DNA of 64,000 nt from a virus. Made by a program: the position numbers and the translations under genes. Each line of letters begins with the position of its first letter. Within the stretch, counting starts at the first letter, position 1. Positions 45,882 to 55,100 of this stretch are shown piece after piece. The stretch spans positions 1-64,000 of IMG/VR virus record IMGVR_UViG_3300025645_000047; one strand, 5' to 3'. Under the pieces are notes generated by a model, which searched no databases, was not told the DNA's origin, and saw only the letters and a program-made list of their open reading frames with translations.

Positions 45882-48755
45882 ATGAGTCTAAAACTAAAGT
45901 CTACGGACATAAATAAGTTATACCTGGGGGATGCCAGTATTAACAGAGCTTACTTAGGGACTAACCTTGCATTTGGAGAAGAGAACTTATTTAGTTTTGA
46001 AGCTGTCACCACAGAAGCGACTCAATCATTTCACATGCCATTACTATCTACTAGTACAGTTAATGCAACTGTAGACTGGGGAGATGGTACTATAAACACA
46101 ATCACATCATACGATGATCCTAATGCAATTCATGAATATGCCGTGGCAGACACATACAATGTAGTCGTTACTGGCGAATTGAATGGATGGTCATTTGGAG
46201 AGTATAAGGCAGCAGGAGATAATGATCCAGCTCCTGTTTCATTTGAAGATGTACAAATAGGTTCTGGATTAACACTTACACTTGATGACGGCACTAGTAC
46301 TGACTTCGAAGTTGATATAACTGCTGCAAATGGTGGAACTCCAATAACTTTACCGGCAGGAAATTATTGGATAAGTTTTGCACCTAGAGTAACGGGTGCT
46401 TCTGCTGGTTCTGGACGTTGGAACTGGAATGGTTCTGATTATGTTGCTCCCTATGAAGGAGTATTAATTGATCCGGGTAATTTATTTGGAGGAGGATTTA
46501 CCTCTTGGACTGGTCTTGAATCAACAATAGGTACTGGTTATAATTCTTTGAATGGAGTGTTAACTGATTCTTTGGGTAATGATTTATACAACGTTACACC
46601 AAATACCGCTGGTATAATTTCTACTAATGGATCAACTGATGATGGTGTACTATGTAGTACTTATATCACGCTTACACAAGAAGCAACATTAGGTACATTT
46701 TCAGTTCAGGGGATGATGAGTGGGGTTGACAATACTATAGCCGCCCTATTGACTGGTGCAGACTTCTTTATATATGAAGATGCAAATTTAGGAGTTCCGG
46801 TTACTCCAGGTACTAGCTTATACTCTACCCTTATAGGTGACGTTTCAAATTGGGGACAATTTGATATTACTGAACCAGGTGCCTTTTCTCAATGTGTTAA
46901 CATGACAATTACAGCTACAGACACGCCCAGCATCTCAGGAGATAGTCTTGCAGATACATTTAGTAACTGCGCTAGCTTAACAACCATACCTAGTATTGGT
47001 TACTGGAATGTTTCAAATGTACTATACATGAATTCCTGCTTTAATGATTGTTCTATAACCAATATAAATGATATAAACAACTGGGGTTCTACTACATCTA
47101 ACGTTGTAGATGCAACATCTATGTTTTCAGTTTTAAATGCAACATCACTAAACCTATCAAGCTGGGACGTATCAAGTCTTACTAATATAAGTGATATGTT
47201 TTTTAATAGTAGTTTAGTTTCAATTAATCTTACAAACTGGAGTTCAAATGTTATAACTAACTTTATTAGTGCTTTTCAAGGTTGTAATTCCCTAACAACA
47301 GTGACAGGTATTGAAACATTAATTAATAGTAACGCAACAGATATAAGCACACTATTTGATGACTGTAGTTCTTTAGCTGCCATAAACGCAAGTGCATGGG
47401 ATACAAGTAGTGTTGTAACTGCAACACAGGTTTTCAATAGGTGTACAAGTTTGACGTCAATAAATATGTCTAATTTGGATTTATCAAGTATGACGAATAT
47501 GTCACAGATGTTTCGCAACTGTTCTTCCTTAACTACACTAGATGTATCAGGATGGAAAAATGGTGGTTCAATTATTATGGCTTTTTTATTTTCAAACGCT
47601 TCACAGTTAGTATCTATTGATTTAAGTGCTTCAGTTTGTACTCCATCAAATACATCAGGTATGTATTCTGGTTGTACAAATCTTGTATCAACTGATATGA
47701 CAGGTTGGGACTTTACTAATACTGTTGCAGTTTCAAGCATGTTTTCTAATGCTAGTAACCTCGAAACAATAACAGGTCATGAAGACTTTAGATTTACTGG
47801 GCTCACTACAAGCATGAACTATATGTTCACCAATTGCTCTAGCTTAACTACACTTGACACTTCACTATGGGCTGTCACAGGAGTTACGAGTTTTCAATAT
47901 ACTTTTAGTGGGTGCACAGTATTAACGGCTCTTGATTTATCAGGCTGGAATACAACTAACGCTACTGACATGACTTGGACATTTGCTCAAATGCAGAGTC
48001 TAGTTTCATTAGATTTAACTGGATGGGATACCAGTAATGTAACTACCACACTAGCTGCATTCTATGACCTTAGATCTGTAACCTCTACATCCTTAATAGG
48101 ATTTGAAGATTTAGATGTGTCTTCTGTTGTAAATGCTGAATTTATGTTTGGTGGCACTACGCAAAATGACGGGTTCCCTTCAGGAGGAGGAAATAACTTT
48201 GATCTTAGTAACTGGAGATTTACATCTCTGGTAAATGGAAATCAAATGTTTAAAAATAATAGATTGATTTCAACGTTGGATGTCTCTAATTGGGATATGA
48301 GTCTCGTAACAAACATAGATAGTATTTTTGAAACATTAGATTTTTGTACTTCAATGATAGGATTAAATACTTGGAACACAGGTCTTGTACAAAATTTTGA
48401 GGCTGCATTCCAGAACAATAAGATTAACCCAAATATTGATATAGCTGGATGGGATGTAAGTTCTGCTACCAATATGAAAGACATGGTGTATGATTGTGAT
48501 TTATTTGATCAAGATCTTTCAGGATGGGATATAAATCAAGTTAGTAATTTTACTTCCTTTATGACTAATTCTTCAGGAATGTCAACAGCTAACTATGATG
48601 CAACCTTAATTGGTTGGGCTGCACAGATTCCATTGGCTTACAATGGTACTCTAGACTTTGGTGGATCACAATATACTTTAGGTGGAGCAGCAGCTACAGC
48701 TCACGCAAACTTAATTACAGATGTAGGAGCTATCTCAGACGGTGGTGGAATATAA
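45882..48755 (+). CDS. BspA-like / DUF285 leucine-rich-repeat protein with PKD domain
   Basis: TVDWGDGT PKD motif; many ~25-aa repeats L..LD.S.WDTS.VT.M..MF..C; C-terminal NYDATLIGW. Confidence 0.85.
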   Translation: MSLKLKSTDINKLYLGDASINRAYLGTNLAFGEENLFSFEAVTTEATQSFHMPLLSTSTVNATVDWGDGTINTITSYDDPNAIHEYAVADTYNVVVTGELNGWSFGEYKAAGDNDPAPVSFEDVQIGSGLTLTLDDGTSTDFEVDITAANGGTPITLPAGNYWISFAPRVTGASAGSGRWNWNGSDYVAPYEGVLIDPGNLFGGGFTSWTGLESTIGTGYNSLNGVLTDSLGNDLYNVTPNTAGIISTNGSTDDGVLCSTYITLTQEATLGTFSVQGMMSGVDNTIAALLTGADFFIYEDANLGVPVTPGTSLYSTLIGDVSNWGQFDITEPGAFSQCVNMTITATDTPSISGDSLADTFSNCASLTTIPSIGYWNVSNVLYMNSCFNDCSITNINDINNWGSTTSNVVDATSMFSVLNATSLNLSSWDVSSLTNISDMFFNSSLVSINLTNWSSNVITNFISAFQGCNSLTTVTGIETLINSNATDISTLFDDCSSLAAINASAWDTSSVVTATQVFNRCTSLTSINMSNLDLSSMTNMSQMFRNCSSLTTLDVSGWKNGGSIIMAFLFSNASQLVSIDLSASVCTPSNTSGMYSGCTNLVSTDMTGWDFTNTVAVSSMFSNASNLETITGHEDFRFTGLTTSMNYMFTNCSSLTTLDTSLWAVTGVTSFQYTFSGCTVLTALDLSGWNTTNATDMTWTFAQMQSLVSLDLTGWDTSNVTTTLAAFYDLRSVTSTSLIGFEDLDVSSVVNAEFMFGGTTQNDGFPSGGGNNFDLSNWRFTSLVNGNQMFKNNRLISTLDVSNWDMSLVTNIDSIFETLDFCTSMIGLNTWNTGLVQNFEAAFQNNKINPNIDIAGWDVSSATNMKDMVYDCDLFDQDLSGWDINQVSNFTSFMTNSSGMSTANYDATLIGWAAQIPLAYNGTLDFGGSQYTLGGAAATAHANLITDVGAISDGGGI

Positions 48756-48782
48756 AATTAAAAATATTTTAAAAAAAAGATT

Positions 48783-50120
48783 ATGGATATAATGTCAAAG
48801 TTTAACTTGCCTAAATATGTAAAAGGAAAATCCTTTTCTGAGGCAAGTGCTATTATTGCAAAAAAGTTTGAGGACAGGTCTGATCCAGAATCTGTTGCAA
48901 CACTTAATGACCTACAAGGAAGACTTCAACAAGCTCAAGAGTTTGTAAAAGCTGAACAAGAAAAAGCATCTCAACCAGAAGGAGCACCAGCAGAAGGAGC
49001 AGCTCAACATCAAATGCCTGATGGCAGTATGATGCCAGGAGCAGAGCATGGTGGTCAAGGTGGTGCAGAAGAACTTGCTGCAATGGCTGCAATGCAAGGA
49101 GGCCCAGGTCAAATGCCTCAGCAACCTATGGGACAAGAAGCTATGCCACAAGCTATGCCACAAGATCCAAACATGATGACATACGGAGGTATGAAGTACA
49201 TGTACGGAGGTAAAAAATATATGTCTGGAGGAAAGATGTACAAGAGTGGTGGAAGCATGCTAGCTAATATGTATGATGATGGAGGGCCAGTTCACAATGC
49301 TACTCCTCATCCACATTCTGAACAACAAAGGCCAATGATTGATGCACCTTATGCTATTCCTGATTCAGATGGAATATCTACAATGGGTTTTAATACACCT
49401 GAAATGCCTACTATAGCAAATTCTCCTTCTAAATTAGACTCTTACGGAATATCAGATAGTCTTAATAATGTTATGGAAACACCTAACGAGCTGTTTCAAA
49501 AAGATCAAGAAACTATTGCTAAAGAATATGCACAACATTTAAAAGATAAAAAGAAATCAGATAGAGAAAAAAAGACTAAATTTAACCCGGCAGAAGCTTT
49601 AAGGTATGCTCCAACATTAATGAGTGCTTTTAAACTAGCAGATTTAAAAAAGCCTACGCAAGTAGGAATGGATAGATTAGGAAATAGATACAACGAACAA
49701 TTAGTTGATGAAAGAGGATTACAGAACGCTGTTCAACAAGGTGCAATAAATCAAAGAGATGCAATACTTGGTTCCTCTGGTGGTTCTGGAGCTGCAGCTA
49801 GAGCTAACTTGTTAGCTAGTCAGTTGCAATCACAGAAAGGACTGTCAGCTGCAAACATGCAGGCAACAGAAATGAATAGAGCAGAGAATAGAGCTGGTCA
49901 AACGTTTAATAGAGATACAGATAAAGCTAATCTACAGCAATCTAATATGCAAACTGAATTTCAATTAGAACAGGATGCAGCATACGATAAAAACAGATCT
50001 AAACTTCTTGCTCAAATAGGAGCAGATTTAGGAGGAATAGGTCAAGAAGAATTATTTAAAAGATACCCTGAGTTAATGGGACTTAGCTACAGCTCAAGAG
50101 GTAAACATATAAAACCATAA
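48783..50120 (+). CDS. Ejection/cargo protein
   Basis: KGKSFSEAS...LQQAQE N-terminus, low-complexity Q/M/G linker, LRYAP...SSGGSGAAARANLLA helical C-terminus. Confidence 0.65.
   Translation: MDIMSKFNLPKYVKGKSFSEASAIIAKKFEDRSDPESVATLNDLQGRLQQAQEFVKAEQEKASQPEGAPAEGAAQHQMPDGSMMPGAEHGGQGGAEELAAMAAMQGGPGQMPQQPMGQEAMPQAMPQDPNMMTYGGMKYMYGGKKYMSGGKMYKSGGSMLANMYDDGGPVHNATPHPHSEQQRPMIDAPYAIPDSDGISTMGFNTPEMPTIANSPSKLDSYGISDSLNNVMETPNELFQKDQETIAKEYAQHLKDKKKSDREKKTKFNPAEALRYAPTLMSAFKLADLKKPTQVGMDRLGNRYNEQLVDERGLQNAVQQGAINQRDAILGSSGGSGAAARANLLASQLQSQKGLSAANMQATEMNRAENRAGQTFNRDTDKANLQQSNMQTEFQLEQDAAYDKNRSKLLAQIGADLGGIGQEELFKRYPELMGLSYSSRGKHIKP
49176..49259 (+). repeat. Degenerate 21-nt tandem repeat (7-aa GG motif x4)
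   Basis: MTYGGMK/YMYGGKK/YMSGGKM/YKSGGSM; TACGGAGGT at 49182 and 49203. Confidence 0.75.
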
Positions 50121-50131
50121 TAAAAACAATC

Positions 50132-52165
50132 ATGGCTGGACGTACATACGAAGAAGTTACATCAGGATTTAAACCATTATCACTAGACGAGATAATGGCA
50201 ATTCCATTAGCAAAGCAAGCTCAAGAAGACGCATCTCAATTGTATTTTGATGATCTTCAATTGCTAGAAGAAAATGCATTAGCATCAGATAAAGATTATG
50301 TTCAAGGACAAGTTGGTGCATTGAAAGATGAGGCTACTAGTCTTTCTGATCAAATGATGGAGCAAGGTGTAGACAGAGGCTTTATGAATAAAGTTAAGGG
50401 ATTACGCACTAGAAAGAATAGAGAGTTTAGTGCAAGTGGTAAAACAGGAAAAGCTAATGCTGCTTATAATGAGTTTCAAGCTAATAAGCAAAACATTATG
50501 AATCGTAAAGATTTAAGTGATGCTCAAAAAAGAGCAGGTTTGCAAAGAGCACAAGACAACTATACAGGTGTAGAGGCAGGAGGAGAATATGAAGAATACA
50601 TAGGTACGGCAGAAGTAGATCTTATGGATAAAGGAAGAAAGATTGTAGCACAAATGACTCCAGTAGAAAGAGCAAGTGCTCTAGGTATGAGTTATGATCC
50701 GGAAACTGGAATATACTCAAGAGGTAGTTATGAAACAAGACAATTAGAGCCTGCTGATATGCAAAGGATTGTTTATAATGCATTAAAAAATGATCAAGGA
50801 GTAGCAGATTATTTATCAGAAGTAGACTCTCTAGGAATAGGAAACTCAGAACAGATGCTTATTACAGCTTCACAATCTGCAGGAGAAGTAGGAAATGTGG
50901 ATGTTTATAAAGAAACATTTACTCCTCTTCCAGCAAATTCTGCAGTTTACGGACAAGGAACTCCAACTGGAGATTTAAGAGAAAAGTGGGACACTAAAAC
51001 ATTGTACCAAGGAAGAGGATTGTGGGCTAATGAGGATACTTTTAATTTAGATGTAGCAGGAAAGCCATCTAAGTATTTTAAAGATGGAAATGTTATTCCA
51101 GTAATGGCTTCATACGATGAAGGATATGAAGAAGCATTAGTGAAAAAAAGAGCAAATTTTGAAGAAATATTACGTAAAAGTAATATGAGTACAAAAGAAA
51201 AGACTTATCAAAGAATGGCTTTTGATAATAACAACAAATCTGCAGATCAAATTGAAAAAGATCGCTTAAGACTAAAAGAAACTATTGACAAGATAAGAGA
51301 AAGCTATACAACTATTAAAGGAAATAATCCTGCATCAGCAAGACCAGCAGTAGGAAGTCCAGGAAGTAGAACGTACACTCCAGCAGTTGAAGCAAGTCCA
51401 TATACAGATCAAGAGATATATGATATATACACTCAAGGTGCTGAAAAAGCAGAGGCTTCTTACACTACAGCTATAGCTCCTTTAAATCCAAGTAACTTGT
51501 ATTATGGTCAACAAGACATGATAAAAGGAACAGAAGATGCTCCTGGAACATTTGCTAGTTCTACTTTAAAAATAGCTGGATTCCCATCGGGAGGTGCTGA
51601 TGTTATAGCTAAGCAATTAGGTATGTCTGAAGAGGAGTTTACAGCTCAGGTAGGGAAAACAGGTGCTCATCTTGGTTTTGCTCCAGGACATGTTGATATG
51701 CCAGGAGCACATGCTATGCAATTTAAACACAAAGATGGGTCTAGTTTTATACTTTATGTACAAAATGGAGGAGAATCAAAAGCTGTTCTTGAGCCAGTAA
51801 GTTGGATGAATAAAGCAATACAAGAAACTAAGCCTTTTACAACTTACAAAAGAAGGGCTCCAAGTGGAAAAATTAGATATGATCATATTATTACTGACCT
51901 TAATCCTAATACAAAAAGTTTTGACGCTTATACTGTAAGAACTACAGGTGAATATACTGAAAAAGAAATATCTGATATGAAATTTCAATATCTTCCAAAA
52001 TTTAACGCACAAGTTGCTGTAGATGATCAAGGCTTTCCCAAAGTTCCTCATGTATTAAAAAGAAACTACGATCAAGAAATGCAGTGGGCTACTGACGAAA
52101 TTACAACTATGTATGACACAAATGCTCATGGCAAAACATCAAAAACTTTAGCTAGCAAAAACTAG
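50132..52165 (+). CDS. Virion cargo protein
   Basis: FKPLSLDEIMAIPL N-terminus; helical; lies before the giant genes as in crAss-like genomes. Confidence 0.65.
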   Translation: MAGRTYEEVTSGFKPLSLDEIMAIPLAKQAQEDASQLYFDDLQLLEENALASDKDYVQGQVGALKDEATSLSDQMMEQGVDRGFMNKVKGLRTRKNREFSASGKTGKANAAYNEFQANKQNIMNRKDLSDAQKRAGLQRAQDNYTGVEAGGEYEEYIGTAEVDLMDKGRKIVAQMTPVERASALGMSYDPETGIYSRGSYETRQLEPADMQRIVYNALKNDQGVADYLSEVDSLGIGNSEQMLITASQSAGEVGNVDVYKETFTPLPANSAVYGQGTPTGDLREKWDTKTLYQGRGLWANEDTFNLDVAGKPSKYFKDGNVIPVMASYDEGYEEALVKKRANFEEILRKSNMSTKEKTYQRMAFDNNNKSADQIEKDRLRLKETIDKIRESYTTIKGNNPASARPAVGSPGSRTYTPAVEASPYTDQEIYDIYTQGAEKAEASYTTAIAPLNPSNLYYGQQDMIKGTEDAPGTFASSTLKIAGFPSGGADVIAKQLGMSEEEFTAQVGKTGAHLGFAPGHVDMPGAHAMQFKHKDGSSFILYVQNGGESKAVLEPVSWMNKAIQETKPFTTYKRRAPSGKIRYDHIITDLNPNTKSFDAYTVRTTGEYTEKEISDMKFQYLPKFNAQVAVDDQGFPKVPHVLKRNYDQEMQWATDEITTMYDTNAHGKTSKTLASKN

Positions 52166-52191
52166 TAAATAATAATAGAAATCAAATTAGT

Positions 52192-55100
52192 ATGCTTGAA
52201 GAAAACTTAATTGGTATAGATGAATTGCTAGATAGCAGTCTTGAGATTGTTGAGGACCCACGTGACGATTTAATTAGTGATGAAGAGTATCAAGAGTTAT
52301 CAAATTACGGAATACAAAAAAAGGGTGCTCAATGGAGAGAAAACATTGACGTAGGTGATACTGGATTTGGAGATTCTCAATGGGATGAAGGAGCTACTAT
52401 AGAAGAAGTTCAAGGAACCGCAGGTACTGCAGGACTACAGGGCAGAAGATCTACTCTTCAGCCTTGGCAAGACCAGCTTGCTAATGCGGTAACCCAAGCA
52501 GTTGTTGGAGAGATAATTGGTGGTACTATAGAAGGAGTTGGTTATTTATTAGACTGGCAAGGTATGGCCAACTTGGCTAATGGTTCAGAAAAAGAATACA
52601 CTAACTGGTTTTCAAATATAGGAAAAGGAATAAGAGAAAAAACTCAAGATCTTACTCAGATACATGAAAGATCTCCAGGAGAGATGGATCTATTTGATTC
52701 TGGATACTGGTTTAAAAACTCTGTATCTGTTGCATCTACTTTGTCTATGATGTTGCCTTCTATGGCTGCAGCTAAGGGGTTAGGTATGCTTGGTAGAGGA
52801 GCAAGTAAGCTTATTGGTAAAGGAATGGCTAGAGGAGCCAAAAAGATTGGTAGAGAACTTTCTGAAGAAGCTTTTGATGTAGCTACTAAAATGGGCGTTC
52901 AAGCTGAATGGATGACTAGTGGTATTAGTGAAGCTGTTGTTTCTAGACATATAGAAAACAGCATGGAAGCTTCAGGTACATTTGAAGAAATTTATGAAGA
53001 AAGATTAAAACAAGTTAATCCAAAAACAGGAGCATACTTTACAGAAGGTGAAGCAAGACAAAGTGCTGCAAATGCAGCTTCCGAAAATTACAAAAATGGT
53101 TGGGCAATGCTTGCACAAGATATGTTACAGTACTTATCTATTGGTAAAGTATTTAATCCCGTTACAAGACAGATGGAAGTTGCTAGAAAATTTACAACAG
53201 CATCAAAAGCACCTGCATGGTTAAAGAAAGCTGGAGCTGTTACAGGAACATTTGCATCAGAAGCAGGGGAAGAAGGATACCAACATTTTATAGCATCTAA
53301 AGCTGCATTAAACAGCGAGTTAAATGCTGGATTAATATCTGAAGAAGAATACAAATCTCAACTTGGAGAAGTAATGAGTTCTGACGAAGCTATGACATCA
53401 ATGTTATTTGGTGGATTAGGTGGTTCTGTATTTCAAATGGTTGGACCAAAAGCAAACCAGCTATTTAAGTCTAAAAGTAAAAAGGAATTTGAAGAAAATG
53501 CAGGTCAATTATTTTCTACTGCTTTAGAAAACAGAGCTAAGATTCATGCTGCATTGCAAGTTCAGAAAAATAATGCAGAAGAATTTGGTACTGAAGAAGA
53601 AATACAGGCAGCACAAGATGACATTATATTAAACATGGTTCTTGACGGAATTGATACTGATAATGTAGAAATGACAATGGAGGCTATGAAAAATGAGCCT
53701 GAAATGACTGCTGAAGAAATAGCAAAATTTAAAGAGGAGACTGACCTTGAATGGGATCCAGCTGTTGCAAAAGCAGGAGCAGAAAGAGCACTTGAAGTTG
53801 CTGCACGAGTTAAAGAAATTCATTACAGGAATAGAAACAAAGCTAAGAATAAAAATGTAGCTCCATCTATTGTTCAAGACATGACTCGTATTGAATTCCA
53901 GAATGAAGAGTATGGAAAACAAATTACGAAGATTAAAAAAGATAACAAGAAAAGAATAGATGATATTCAGTTTGATTCTTTTCTTAAGCCAATGGATAAT
54001 TTCCGTGAGAAAAAAGATCTTGAAGCAAAAATTGCTGCTACTAAAGAAGTTATAGGACGTACAGAAGAAAGGCTTGCAAAAAGTAAAGATGAAGATTCTA
54101 TAAAAACCAAAAAGGATTTAATAAAGTCACACAACTCTAATCTTCTTAAGATGCAAAATAGAGTAAGTGAGATAGGAAAAGAAGATATAGACCCTAAAAC
54201 TGGAAAGACAAATAGAGATGCTGATCAAATAGAAGCAAACAAAAAAGGAGAAGTTGTTTACAATGATGGTTTAATGGCAGAAATTGCTGGAGGGTATTTA
54301 AGAGAGCTTCAGTTAAATGATGCTATTACTGAAAATCAAAACAGTTTAAAAAGACTTAATGACAAAGCCTTTCAAAAACAAAAGGTTGTAAAAGATGGTA
54401 TAAGAGGAATTAAAGAAGCAACCGATATATCAGCTTTAGAAAACTATCAAGCTGGTATTGAATCTGGTCAAGTACAAGGGTATGAAAATGCTGAAGACAA
54501 GAAAAAAATAGATGAAGCTATAAAAGAAAAAATAGCAGAGCTTAAAGAGAAAGAATTAAAAGACAACCAGGCAATTGAGGAAGAAAAAATAAAAGCTGAG
54601 CTTTTGGCTAAAGCTGCTGCAGAAAATGCAAAACTTAATTCAGTTGGAGAAACTGTAACTACACCTGTAGATGAAGCAGTTGAAGATACATTCTTTTTTG
54701 AAGAAGCTTTAATTGAAGAAGAATTACAAGATAAAGCTGAAGAGCACACTGAAGTGTTAACAGGTAATGGAAAAACTGTATCTCCTTTAGATGACAATGA
54801 AAACACTAGTGGCCCATATAGAGAATGGATTCACAATGGGTTTGACAAGATAGGCACAGTAATTACCTATGCTTCTCATACTAGAAGAGGGTTTCATAGA
54901 GCTTATCAAAACAGAAAGACTCCAGCAGGTAGAGCATACAATACTTATAATGATCTTTTAGAGAGAGCAAAAAAAGGAGAAAAAATTACAGTACCACAAA
55001 ATGTATATGACAACTTACCAATTGCAGCTAATGTAGGAGAGGTTGGAGGAAGTATATATACGGTTATGCCTTCTTATCCACGTAAGACAAAACAAGATGG

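Noticed and set aside
45882-48755. Diversity-generating retroelement target or CRISPR-like array in repeat-rich genes
   Set aside because: Repeats are degenerate and protein-level; no reverse transcriptase, no adenine-specific TR/VR pair and no identical spaced DNA repeats seen
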